A stretch of DNA of 63,872 bases, the filler included, from Ministeria vibrans ATCC 50519 (Eukaryota > Protista > Filasterea), in NCBI GenBank assembly GCA_943704425.1. It is 6 parts of 6 records of this genome, joined end to end, with 100 filler letters (N's around TTAATTAATTAA, not from the genome) between each part and the next. Parts side by side here need not be neighbours in the genome. Positions count along the whole stretch, not along the records: positions 31,381 to 49,320 come from CALSCP010000312.1; 5 more parts are not named here. One strand, given 5' to 3'. Within the stretch, counting starts at the first letter, position 1, and every line of letters begins with the position of its first letter. The position numbers were made by a program, and so were the translations under genes. The notes below the pieces were generated by a model that saw only the letters and a list, made by a program, of their open reading frames with translations, ran no database searches and was not told the DNA's origin. This document shows positions 34,515 to 46,299 of the stretch, piece by piece.

Positions 34515-35322
34515 TTACAACACATCTTCATCGACAGGACTGCGGGGAGAGGGCGGAGCAACTACAGTTGCTTCTGCTGCTGTTGCAGTCGTCGTTGTTG
34601 TCGTCGTCGTTGTTGTTGTCGGACCACCTTCCACCAACTCTGCAAGGGAGCCAGTGGGTGCATCATCTTCGTCATCGTTGTCGTTGTCCCAGTCGGCCGC
34701 CTGAGTCTCATTCATTGCACCACCTTCATCGTTATTCTCTTCAGAATGCGTCTCCAGTCGCATTCGCTTCTTCTTCTGCTGTTGCTGCTGATGCGATCCG
34801 TTGCTGCCATCAATGCCTGTCCCCTCAAACACAAAGGCACGCGTCTCATCCGCACCACTCGCATGTGTACGATGACTGCGTGCAAACCGCACCACATTGA
34901 CATAGCGCACATCAACGTTATCCTCCTCCTCTTCCTCCGCCTCCACCGTCACCTGCTTGCGCTCACTCATTCGCAACGCATGTACCTGCACCGGCGTTCC
35001 CCGAGGCGCCTCGCCATCAGGCAGCACAATCAACACAGTGCGCGGGTGTTTGCGCGCCGCCCGCACAACCCGCTGTCGTTCCCGCTCACTCTGCTCCCCA
35101 ACACTCTCCCTCCGGCGCTTCTTCCGTGCGCTCTCCGTCACACTCCCACTAATTTCAGCAGCTGCCTTTTGCTGCTGTGCCTCCTGCGCCCGCTCTGCAA
35201 CCTCCAAAATACTCATGCCAGGCATCACAAACTCAATGTCGTCCTTCTCGTATAGCGCACGAATTTCATACGACCGACTCCCCGCATACAAATGCTCCTC
35301 TAAAAAAACAACATAATCAGCA

Positions 35323-35414
<92 letters not shown>

Positions 35415-36668
35415 NNNNTGCCCGAGATTGGCAAATATAGTCGGTAAAAGACCTCGGTGGGCTCACTCGTCTCCCCCTTGAGAACACAGCAGTTCACTGC
35501 TGAGCTGTCGTCCAGCCCCGTCGAACGGTCGTACTCCATCTTCTGGTCAAACATTGCCTAACACACACATACACACACACAATCAATAAAATAAAACAAT
35601 GAGAGAACACACGCAACCCTCCTTACTTGGACCAGTTCCACTTCGGGATCAAATTGCAGCATCACGTCCATTTCCTCAACAATGCCCAGGTTGCCCTTTT
35701 GCGGAACGCCCGAGCGGACCGCCTCAAAGCTATCGTTGATGAGCGCGAGTTGCTCATCGAAGGAGAGGGGGCGCAGATCGCGCACTTTGGAGAGTGCACG
35801 AGTGCCAAACTTGGACTCAGACGCATCTGCACCAAGCACCTTGCCCACACTGCGCACATCGTGGCTCAAATAGCGATTCGCCGTAAGCCACGTCACCGAC
35901 GAACCCATGCCGGTGTCGATCTTCTCGCCCGCAATTGGCGCAATGGTCCTTCTGCCTGCGCTGCCTGTGCCGCTGCCTTGCATAGTGCTCTCCTCCTCCA
36001 AAATCGGCATGTCCTCGTCGTCAAGGCGCGCGCCCGGCTGTCGGACGTATGTCTGTGGGTCAATCGAGTCAACAGCAATCGTTTCAAGCGGCGACGCCGT
36101 CACCCGATGCCCCACAGTGCGTTCGGCATTGATCTAAACAATAATAATGATAATTATTAACGAAAATGAGCGTCAGTCAGAAAAAAAAAAAAATCGACCG
36201 TTTTACCGTCTTGTAGAGAAGATAACGGAGCGAGTCAAAGTTGTACTGCACGATTTTTCCGTCAAAAGGGATCTCGGGGAGGGTGTTCTGCGCGGAGATC
36301 AGCGGCGCACGAGCAGTGAGAGACGCGTTTGGAAAGTGGCACTTTTGCGTTTATCGTCTTCTTCCCTACCTGGAATTTGGCATGGCAAAAGACACGCCCG
36401 ACGTTGGCCTTGGACTTTTTGGATCTGGTGGAAGGGAGGAGGGGAGGCGGAGAGCAAGCGGTGAGCGTGGGGTGGGATGCAAGGGCAGTTTTGCGTTTGG
36501 AGCGGTCGTCTGACCTTGAGCGTGAGCCTGAAGAGGAGCTCGACGAGCGCTTGGGCTGCTTTCCTCTGCACACGCGGGAGAGGAGAGGGATGATGGAGAG
36601 GAGAGGAGAGGGATGATGGAGAGGGGATGAGAAACAGACGGATTGTGTGCTGAGCGATACTTGTCCAT
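34515..36668 (-). CDS. PAF1: RNA polymerase II-associated factor 1, multi-exon
   Basis: FCHAKFQ, LPEIPFDGK, IDPQTY..LDDEDMPILEEE, VTWLTANRYLS, EQLALINDSFE; acidic tail. Confidence 0.8.
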
Positions 36669-36924
36669 ATTTGTGGTGCTCAGGCGCAAGTAGTCGCACT
36701 AGAAGTACTGGAATGCCTAAGGACCAACGACCAAGGACTCGGGACAAAAGCTGAACCGACCGGGGAACAAACTGTGTTCAGCAGAATGAAAATATTCAAA
36801 ATAATAATCCTAAAAAATCAATGGATCAGTTTTGATTCAGTCTCTCAGTCCCACAGCTCAGTGAGCTCACTGATCACTCTCACCTTTATTATCCATAACT
36901 TTCCTACTACCGAGGTTGATCTTG

Positions 36925-37907
36925 ATGCTCCCCATTGTCGATCTGGCACCCTTTCTTGCGAGTGTACGCACAATCCCACAGCAATCGGTGGGACAACTGA
37001 CTGTCAAGTGTGTGTCGTGTAGGGCTCGGAGGAGAGCGCACGGCAGCTCGGCGAGACCCTTGCTACGGTGGGCTTTTGCTATGTGGTTGGACATGGATTG
37101 GACCAATCCGAGCTGGATCGCATCTTTGCTGTGGCGCACAACTTTTTCAAATTGCCTGTCGACAAAAAGCTTTCGGTGGCGCGCACTGCGCACACAGCCA
37201 ATGCTGGCTACGTGGCCATGCACGGCGAGTCCCTGGACGCGATGCATTCCGATGCCAAGGAGGCGTACAACGTCACAGGTGCGAGTCTCGCCTCTGATGC
37301 ACTCTTTCAAGATGTCCTTCCCTCCTTCCGCGACGACCTTGCCTTGTTCCACTCACGCTGCTGGACCGTGGCACACACGCTCCTCAGAGCTCTCTCCATT
37401 TCACTCAACCTCCCCACTGAGCACACTCTTGGCAAGTTCCACCGTCAGGACGAGCCCAATGGCACGACCCTTCGCCTCTTGCGCTACCCTTCGGCCGACC
37501 TTACGTCTCTGAGCGCACCGTTGGTCGCCGCAGGAGCCCACACCGACTACGGAACACTCACCATACTCTTCACAGACGACCACGGTGGACTCGAGGTGCG
37601 CCAACGGGACGAATGGGTCGCAGTCGAGCCGTTACGCGACGCACTCGTCGTCAACATTGGCGACCTTCTCTGCGAATGGTCCAATCAGCGCCTCCGGTCG
37701 ACACTCCATCGTGTCGTGCGTGTCCCTGACACTTCTACGAGCTCCCTTGCCTCACCACGCCTCTCCATTGCGTTCTTCTTGCACCCCACTGACTCGGTGC
37801 GCCTCATTCCCCTCTGTGAAAAGGAGCACAGCGACACGACAGAGTGTGGAAGTGATGCGCTCACTGCAGGCGAATGGCTCGCACGAAAACTCGCAAGAAC
37901 ATATTGA
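36925..37907 (+). CDS. 2-oxoglutarate/Fe(II) dioxygenase (IPNS/DIOX family)
   Basis: LPIVDL, GFCYVVGHG, LRLLRYP, HTDYG, VNIGDLL, STLHRV, RLSIAFF; one 5' intron. Confidence 0.92.
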
Positions 37908-37968
37908 GAATACTTATGATGAGGTGTCGACTGTAATTATAAAACATGAACACGCAATTGGGAGGAGT

Positions 37969-38888
37969 TTACAAGATTTTTTGGAGCGGTTCTTCTAAAT
38001 GCTTTGTGAGTGCTTCCGCCTGCGCAGAGAGGAAATGGAACAGGTCAAGTCGTTGATGAATTCGGCAGGGTGCCGTCATACCTTGAGTTTTAACATGCCA
38101 ATTTCAACAGTGGCGTCGGCATAGAGGCAGAGAAGGAGCTTCTTCGAGACGCGATTCACCACGACCCGTCCAGCGCCACACTCCAGAAGAACCATGTCTA
38201 CGTTTGCAACTAAACGTCAGCGACACACATACACACACACCAAAGACACACACACCAAAGACACAGACAGACAGACCAAAGACACACACACCAAAGACAC
38301 GGACAGACAGACACACACACACACATACACATTCATACACACACACAGACAGACAGAAACATCAAAGACACACAGACACACAGACAGACACACACACAAA
38401 GACACACACACAGCCACAGCCGCAAGGGGAGGGAAAAGGAGATCTCTCCTACCAAGTTCGTCGCCGTCAAGCGAGCGCTTTCCGCATGCCTCGTAGCTCT
38501 GAGAGCGGAGAGACGAGAGCGACCGGAAATGAGAAAATGTTGGTTTTAGTGTTGACGCGTTCTTACCGCCCAAATGTTGCCAGCAATAGCGGCAGTGACA
38601 CGAGAGTCTTCCTTTCCCGTGAATGCAATCAACGAGCCAGTCGTGTCAAGGAGCCTATGCGTTTTTTTTGGGAGAGCCGTTTGAGTACATTTTGTATGAT
38701 TGAACAGCAGCCTCGGTGCATGCCTCTCGCCGCTTCTCTCATTTCTTACGAGCGATATGCTCTGCTCTGCGAATTNNNNNNNNNTGAACAGAAAAAAAAA
38801 AAAAAAAAACAACGCATTACATGGTGCTCGAGATCCCACCAGTGTTGGCCTGGTCCAACAGTGATGCAAGGGTTTTGGGCTTGAGCAT
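37969..38888 (-). CDS. LAMTOR2: Ragulator subunit LAMTOR2, multi-exon
   Basis: MLKPKTLASLLDQANTGG; GSLIAF...RVTAAIAGNIW; IGMLKLK; AEALTKHLEEPLQKIL*. Confidence 0.92.
38222..38412. repeat. CA/CAGA compound minisatellite with CAAAGACAC units (LAMTOR2 intron)
   Basis: CAAAGACAC repeated about 6 times among CA/CAGA runs. Confidence 0.85.
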
Positions 38889-38933
38889 CAAATAAAAAAG
38901 TGTTTAAAGTTTAATCACGTCTTAGAGTTATTC

Positions 38934-39821
38934 ATGTCTGTGTTCTCCCCACCCCCCACTGGAACAATCTCCATCATTGGCGCCGGCAACATTGGTCGTC
39001 TTGTTGGCGCAGCGCTCGTGCGCAAGCTAGGCTCCGAGCAAATTCGTGTGTCTGTTCGTGAGCGAACTTCCTCCAAAGTTGACCTTCTCTCTGCTGCGGG
39101 TCTTGGCGACTGCATCACCGACAACCAGTCAGCGCTCGACTCGGCCTCCCTGGTGCTCCTGGCTGTGCGCCCCCAAGACTTTCCGAGTCTCATCTCCCTC
39201 AAATTCTCTTCGACAGTCCCAATCGTTTCGCTGATGGCCGCTGTCTCATTTCGCGCCATTGCGCGTCTCACTGGCGTCCCCGAAGCGCTCATCTCGCGCG
39301 TGTGTCTCTGTGGCCATGATCCACTTGCGGCCGGCAACGGCGTGTGGTCTTCCTTCCCGGCACCGTCGCCTACGGTCCATCATTTGTTTGAAGAGATTGC
39401 CGGCATTCGAATGCTTGCACCTCTCACCAGCGAACGCCAGTGTCACATCTTCTGTGTCGTCATTGTCCTCCCCGCCGCCTTTGTTGTACTTCATCACGAG
39501 GGGCGTTCCTACACCTTGGAAGAGGCGGCCGCCGTCGTCGAACATTTCTCTCCAACTCAACCTCTCGATTGCCTCAAAGACATCTTTGCCTGGTCGGATC
39601 CCATCTCCAAACCACTCCTCTACGACAAGGCACTCTCCCAGGGCACTATTTCTTCCTCGTGCACCTTTGACGTATACCTCGACCAGATGTTTACGCGCGG
39701 TGGCATGACCGAGGCTCTGGCACTGTGTCTGCGACGCGGTGGCTCGCTTGCCGATGCCCTCACCGCCTCCATTGAGCATTGCTTCACCCTTGTCGCTCAA
39801 AACGACACCCAAATTTTGTAA
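38934..39821 (+). CDS. Divergent pyrroline-5-carboxylate reductase-like NAD(P)-binding protein, intronless
   Basis: IIGAGNIG Rossmann motif, LAVRPQD, IVSLMAA, TRGGMTEA; lacks the usual RxMPN and SGSGPA motifs. Confidence 0.7.
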   Translation: MSVFSPPPTGTISIIGAGNIGRLVGAALVRKLGSEQIRVSVRERTSSKVDLLSAAGLGDCITDNQSALDSASLVLLAVRPQDFPSLISLKFSSTVPIVSLMAAVSFRAIARLTGVPEALISRVCLCGHDPLAAGNGVWSSFPAPSPTVHHLFEEIAGIRMLAPLTSERQCHIFCVVIVLPAAFVVLHHEGRSYTLEEAAAVVEHFSPTQPLDCLKDIFAWSDPISKPLLYDKALSQGTISSSCTFDVYLDQMFTRGGMTEALALCLRRGGSLADALTASIEHCFTLVAQNDTQIL

Positions 39822-39871
39822 CAGACCATTGTTGTTGTTGTATAATAAGCATGACGTGTATCACCTTGAAC

Positions 39872-41182
39872 TCACATGCCATAGTAGTCTCTGAGCACCT
39901 CCTCATCGCTATCCTCCTCGTTATCCTCCTGCGACCACTCACCATATTCACGGTCCTCATCCACTTTGTACTCCTGCGGCACCTCTTGGACCCCCCCACC
40001 GCGCTTTTGCTTCTTCGTCTTGGTCTTCGTGTTGACGTGGGCGGCAGCGCGTTTTTTGGTCGCGGACGGTTTTAGTTTTCGGGGGCGCTCTCGCTTGCTT
40101 GTTTGGTCCTCTAGCAGTAGACGATGCAGTCGTTGCGAGATGCGTTGTTCTAGTGTATCCGTCCATTCTGTTCATATGTGAAATTTATTCAATCGTATTA
40201 TTTTGATTAAATCTTTTGTCAAACCTTGAGCGTCGTCGCGTTCCTCGCGACATGTCACGCAGCCCACTGCATCCATCAAGGACTCGCACTCGTTTTGAAA
40301 CTCAAGCGGCATCAGTCGCACAATCTGTGAGAGGCTACTCGCAACACTTTTCGAAATTTTGGCAGCTTCACTTGTGCTCTCGCCTGGCACTGTCGCCTCG
40401 TCGCTCTCGTCGCACAGTCCCCACAACAGTCCTCGTAAGCACTTTTTTGTAGACACGCTGACTGATTCAACTTGTGTCGCGCTCAATTTGGCAAAGTCTG
40501 TGCGATGAGAATAAATCCGCGAAAAGACAAGTGGGGGATGCAAACGCGTTTCGTACCTGCAACGCCTTTTGTGTCAGCGAGAATTGTTTCGAGACTCAAT
40601 GAAAGTATTCGTGATAGAAAGGAAGCCGCTTCGTGCTGTAACGGAAAGAAGATGAACGCCTGCATTGTGTACGAGCCTAAGAGAGGGAGAGAGAGGAAGA
40701 GAGATATCAGAGAATTAGTTTTTTTTTTTTTTTTTTTTTTTTTTCGGTTTGTACCATCTTGGTTTTCTGAAGGAGCTGTTGCTAGATCGAGGTTGGCCGA
40801 GCGCCATTGTGATAGAGTTTCAGCGCATTTCTGGTCGGGAGGGAAAGATAGAAGGCGGTTCGTTGTCGCGTCGGAAATCTAAAACACCTCAAAAATTCAT
40901 CAAAATCCTGTCTGAGCGTTTTCTTTAACATAGTTCAGCTATAATACCATATTATTATTATTGAATATTGAAAGCCTTCAGCTTTGAGGAGCGTTATACC
41001 TTGAAATTGACAGCGATACGTCGAGATTTGGTTGTGGGTCCTTGTAAATCTGCCATTGTCGACGCAGACGAGGTTTGCCTTTCGGGCAGCAGGTCCACAG
41101 TGACAGTGGTGTGTACGCCCATCAGAAACGACTGCCAAGAAGCGGTGAGGCCTGTCGAGCACAGGTGAACGGGAGCGGTCAT
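39872..41182 (-). CDS. Multi-exon protein, candidate TOP6BL/MTOPVIB-like (transducer region)
   Basis: Five exons join in frame by GT-AG; VASSLSQIVRLMPLEFQNECESL resembles the C-terminal MTOPVIB/TOP6BL helix motif; basic then acidic tail; start uncertain. Confidence 0.55.
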
Positions 41183-41447
41183 GAGAAAAAAAGTGCGCAA
41201 ATCAAAAAACATTATCTTTCCTCGACTGGATCTCGACTAAGATCGTGTACGCCTCAGTTATGCCAGTACTCACACGTTACAATAGATTATAGTAAAGTGT
41301 AAACTGTATAATGTACTGATTGCGCGCATGTGACTCCAGACGCTCGCCAGAAAGGGCGCAAAAGACAATCACAAACGGATAACTTTCGGATAACTCCCCA
41401 AAATATTTATGAAAATAATCAAAATTATTAATGTCAAATAATTCATA

Positions 41448-42026
41448 ATGACTTGTCTTGTGCTTATGAAGAACGACGAGTACTTGTCGGCATACAAATC
41501 AGTCAGTCGTGTAGACACGTCGGACGAGCTCATTTTTCTGTTTGATGATTTGGGCTTTGGTGTCACGTTTGACAGACTGCTCTGCCGCATCTACCTCGAA
41601 ATGTATGCCACTGCCTCGCTGTATGACCTCTCGGCACACAAGCTGAAAGGTGGTCCGCGAATGTGTGTGTTTGAAGACCAGCACGAGTGTTTTTGGTGTT
41701 TTCCTGAACACATTCGATTGAAAGACTTGAACGATAATGATGATGGTGATGATGACGAGCAGCTACCACTGTGCTGCATGAACGGCGAAGGACGCGATGT
41801 TGTTGCTATGGACGGAAGCTGGGGCGTGCGATGTGAGGCGTGGGGAGGAGCGGGAAAGCGAGTGTGGGGGACAGACCGAATGACCTTGCGAATGCGAGGC
41901 GCTTCTCTGATTGACATGCTTACTTTGCACACGGGTGATTCGAATCCTTTACTCGACTCACGACGATGTGAGTTGGTAAAGACTTTGGGAACGGCAGCAG
42001 AAAAATTTGCCAACGAACGCTACTGA
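41448..42026 (+). CDS. Hypothetical protein (192 aa)
   Basis: Single ATG-TGA ORF, GC-richer than its flanks, fills the gap between two genes; no motif recognised. Confidence 0.55.
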   Translation: MTCLVLMKNDEYLSAYKSVSRVDTSDELIFLFDDLGFGVTFDRLLCRIYLEMYATASLYDLSAHKLKGGPRMCVFEDQHECFWCFPEHIRLKDLNDNDDGDDDEQLPLCCMNGEGRDVVAMDGSWGVRCEAWGGAGKRVWGTDRMTLRMRGASLIDMLTLHTGDSNPLLDSRRCELVKTLGTAAEKFANERY

Positions 42027-42089
42027 GAGTCTGAGACCGATACTCACACACATACACACACACACGAGAAGTTGTACAATGTCATAAAA

Positions 42090-43019
42090 TTACATGTTTT
42101 GTCTAATGTATTGCCGGGAGCGCAAGTCCGCTTGACGAACGGGCTCGGCCACACGATAGGGACTGACGGCGTTGACAAGGGCTACTGCAGTGGCGTTTGA
42201 GATGCGATGACCACCCGAGACGAACGTGGGGTTTTTCGTGCCACGCGCAGCAAACGCATAGCCCCACTCGCGGCCACTGGTACCCCTGAGTGGCATGGGC
42301 GACAGTGTCTCTCGCGAATGGAAGTCTCTAAGGACATCCTCGGTGTGAAGACCGTCGACGGCAAGGAGTGTCTTGGCACAGCCGAGCGCCGGCACATTGG
42401 CCAGCACTCCCAAGTGACAGGCCAGACCAAACCCTCGGTGGTGCAGCACCCCGTTGCCGTCGACCAACAATACTTGCGGGAACACGTCGGGGCGTTCGTG
42501 GCGCAACTTGTCCAGCAGTGCGATGATATGGTCAATTTCACGGAATGCCAGAAAGCTAAAAACAAACAAACAAACATTGGTCGTTCCATTGGGTAGTGCG
42601 TCTCGAGTATATGTCTTTTGCTCTTACCCCGGAATGTAGGGAAGAAGAAGCTTAACTGGCTGCATGTCCTCGTAAACCACTTTTAAGCTTGGGTATTCCA
42701 GGACGACCAGGCCCGCACACTGCACGAACAGACGATAGGAACGTGAGGACGACAAAAGTTGTGCCCCCTTTGGACGAACTTTTCACATTACCGCATCGAC
42801 GCCGTTGTCATGAAACGAAATGTCCACGCCCGCAGCATAGCGCAGGCCATGCACACCCGTCTCGTCGGCCGTAAAGTCAATGTCATCGTGCACAACGAGA
42901 CGCTTTCGAAGCGCATCTTGTTCTTTCGTCCACTCGCGCTTGAACTGCTCTCGTGCAGCATTTGGGTCTGCCAGCGATCCGCCTGCAACAGCCCAGTCTG
43001 TATGATGTTCAACTGACAT
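42090..43019 (-). CDS. ENDOV: Endonuclease V, multi-exon
   Basis: AGVDISF, PYIPG|FLAFRE, LLVDGNGVLHHRGFGLACHLG, FVSGGHRIS, YRVAEPVRQADLRSR. Confidence 0.95.
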
Positions 43020-43411
43020 AGTAGACAAGGCGACAAGGCAAGAGGATGAAAGGGGATGTGAAGAAGTAGAAAAAAAAAGTGAGGGTCGCAAAATTGAAAA
43101 TTTATTATTTCCAATTCAACGATGACTTATGCAATCGTTTGTCTGGACGCTTCCAACGACGGTTTCTCATGATGACGCATCCGATAAAGTTTCAAATTAA
43201 CTGTACGGTGTAACATATCGACGGTGTTTGAGCTTATTTAGTGTCCACACAAGTGAGAAAGACATTTGAAATTCGATATGTTTGCAATGAATTTTTATAT
43301 TATAGTTACGTGAACAGTTGTTAACAGTGTTGTAGACAAGCAAGGTGCTGTAGATGCACCCCCCCCTCTTTTTTTTGTTTTGTTGTGAGTGTGTTTGTTA
43401 TTGTTTTTCGT

Positions 43412-44155
43412 TTAGAGTTTCCTGGCAAACTTCTTCAGGCCCGACACATCGAGTGTTGTCTCATGCGAGGTTGCCGCGACCAATTCGCCTTCCTCATCAA
43501 ACTCATATGAGTCGGGCTGCACGACGGCAATGACATAGCGAGCCTTAACGTCGATCTGGCGATCGACCAGTCGCTTCAGATAGCGACAGTATGTCTTGAG
43601 TTGTCGCAGCGTGGCACTCTTTAGTTCGTCATAGTCATCTCGATTCGTTCGTGTCACATACGTCGCATTTTCATCCGCTCCAAAACTCTTCCACAGCTCA
43701 TCCGAGGCCCACTTCCGCTTGATTTCATACTGATACTTCTTGGTCTGTGCATTCCAATAGCACCGCTTCAGTTCGACAATCAGATAGTGCGTCTTGTTGA
43801 AGAACAGAAAGTCCATGCGCGGCCAGAAGGTACGTTCGGCATAGATGGAGCTAAATCCCCACTCGGAGTGTTCCGGCATCCACGAGACACCCTTCATCAG
43901 ATGATAGTCATCGCCTTTGCTGTACAGAAAGGTCAGATGGTGTTCGGCAAAGTAGGCAAAGAGCGCGTCACGCACATCCCGTTCCGTCTGACAACTCGCC
44001 ACGTTCGGTATGTACTGCTCGAGATGGAGAAATGCCGCATTCAGAGAGGCCCTTGGTACCTCCTTCACAATCGACAGTTGCGACATCTCCTGAGAGAACG
44101 CGTCAAGGTTTGCTTCAGCATGCACCGTCAACTCTTCCTCCGCTCTTCTTGTCAT
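43412..44155 (-). CDS. PD-(D/E)XK restriction-fold nuclease-like protein
   Basis: E..RMDFLFF....LIVELK core and downstream ATLRQLKTY helix; an acceptor-like GTGTAG just upstream of the ATG makes the 5' end uncertain. Confidence 0.65.
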   Translation of the reverse strand: MTRRAEEELTVHAEANLDAFSQEMSQLSIVKEVPRASLNAAFLHLEQYIPNVASCQTERDVRDALFAYFAEHHLTFLYSKGDDYHLMKGVSWMPEHSEWGFSSIYAERTFWPRMDFLFFNKTHYLIVELKRCYWNAQTKKYQYEIKRKWASDELWKSFGADENATYVTRTNRDDYDELKSATLRQLKTYCRYLKRLVDRQIDVKARYVIAVVQPDSYEFDEEGELVAATSHETTLDVSGLKKFARKL

Positions 44156-44785
44156 CTCTACACACAAAAATAAAATAATATCAATACAGTCATAACTCAT
44201 AAGAATTAAAATAAAATAGAGAATACAACAATCGACAGTCTCTATTTGAGACTCTTTGTCTTTTAAGTTTGTGTCGGACAATTAAGACTGAATGTGCTTC
44301 AATTTCTCTTCAATCTCACGACATAGTCACATAAATTGGAACGCCCAAGTGTCGCATAAGGAGAGAGAGACTGGGGGAGGGGCCCGACACTGTGCTGACT
44401 TCTTTCTCCATAACACACAAGAAGTTCACAGAAGAGCGTAAACCTTTTTTTTTGCTTGGACTATGACATTATTTCGCCACCATATCTACGCTACACCTAT
44501 TCAACAACATGATACATCACATCAAGCAGCAATTCGTGTGGAAAAAATTCAAAAATTCAAATTCCCCAAAAGATATTAATTACACATTGGCTACGTTACA
44601 ACATGCAATGTACAGGCTACAGACTTGTCAGACTAAGCTTACTCAATGAGAACGATGTATGGAAGAAACAAGTTGAAGTGAAGAATTTTGAGAAATGAGT
44701 GAAATCTGAAATTCTGAATTCTGGTTTCTGAATATTTCAAGTAGTTTATTCTATTCGTCTCTCTGACTCTCACTCTTCGTCAACA

Positions 44786-45771
44786 ATGAGCGCAATTTTT
44801 GTGACGGGAACCTCCCGCGAAGTTGTTCCTATTGGGTAGGATGGCACGAAACGAAAGGCGCTTGATTGATCAATCGATCGTCTTTGTGTAGCGATGCGCC
44901 AACCATCGGCCACATCCGACAGCAGCATGCCGCACTCGCAAGCAAACGTGAGCGACTGCACTGTCTGCTTATGGACGCGCGTGTGTGTACTCAGATGATT
45001 CTCTGTCTCTCTTTGGGTTCTTTGTTTTGCAGTGTTGGTGAAGAATGGAAAGGTCGCGAAGGATGAGGATGCCATTGTCGCCGGTGACGTCTTTATTACG
45101 GGTCCCCAGATGCCTGCGGCCCCGCCAACCGATACACGGCCGTCTGCTGAGGCTGTCAGGGCGGCCACACGCGGCACGCTAATTGCACCACACACTCCAA
45201 TGCCAGGTACAAAGAATAAGAGGGTGTTGCGTATTTATCGCCTGTTCTGCCGCTGCAGAGGGCCTCTCGATGAAGATGCTGTATGGGACCTTCCACAGCG
45301 CCGAGGTCAAGGCGATGATGGAGCGCCTTGCCGCCGAACCCGCACTGTTTGCCGCTGTCATCAAAACTGCACAGTTTGTCGAAGAGTCACCCGAAGTTCA
45401 GCAGCGTCTCAGCGATCCCGACTACTACCGTCGCATGAGCGACCCCCAGTTCATCCTGTCGGTCATCTACACTCTAGAGTACATCATCCGCATGCAAGAA
45501 CAGGGTCACCAGCAACAACAACAACAGCAGCAGCAGCAGCAACGACAACAGCGCCCACCTCCACCACCACAACAGGCACAACAACACCAACAGGCACCAC
45601 AGGCTCAAGCAGCCGCACCTCGAGCCCTCTTTACCCCAGACATGCTCCGTCAAGCTATGACCGGTGTTGCCGGCGCACCGGCACCTCCCGCACAAGAAGC
45701 ACCCGTTGCACAACCCGACGCAGATCAAGCACGTCTCCTCCAGAATATGCTCACCGCCGCACTCAACCAGC

Positions 45772-45841
<70 letters not shown>

Positions 45842-46094
45842 GCAACAACAGCAACAACAACAACAACAACAGCAACAACAACAACAACAGCAGCAGCAAC
45901 AGCATCAACCCATGGAGACTGACCCATCGCCGCCACAAGCACCACAACAACATCAGCCGCAGCAAGATTACTCTGAGCAGCTGTCCCTTCTGCAAGAAAT
46001 GGGCTTCACCAACACCCAGCTCAACACTGAGGCTCTCATTGCGTCACACGGTGACGTTGATTTGGCCGTTGAATACGTTTCCCAACGAATGTAA
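44786..46094 (+). CDS. Ubiquitin-like/UBA protein (UBL7/ubiquilin-like), multi-exon
   Basis: Short N-terminal ubiquitin-like exons (LVKNGKVAKDED), helical middle, polyQ, C-terminal UBA YSEQLSLLQEMGF..NTEALIASHGDVDLAVEY. Confidence 0.75.
45769..45903 (+). repeat. (CAA/CAG)n coding polyglutamine, about 45 codons
   Basis: Long CAA-dominated tract in frame. Confidence 0.95.
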
Positions 46095-46299
46095 ACAAAT
46101 TGAAAATTCCCTTTTCTTTGAAACCTCAAGCTATGCTCGCCTGCTTGTCTTTGCTTCTTTGGGTCTGTTTGCTGAGTATGCCTGGCCCTTTGGAGAAACT
46201 GGTCGCGGCCGTCTCTGACCCGATTTACCCAAAGCAAATCAATCTTCTCTCAGACAGATCTGATGACTGAATACTGATCAATCATCAAATTTTTCATTA

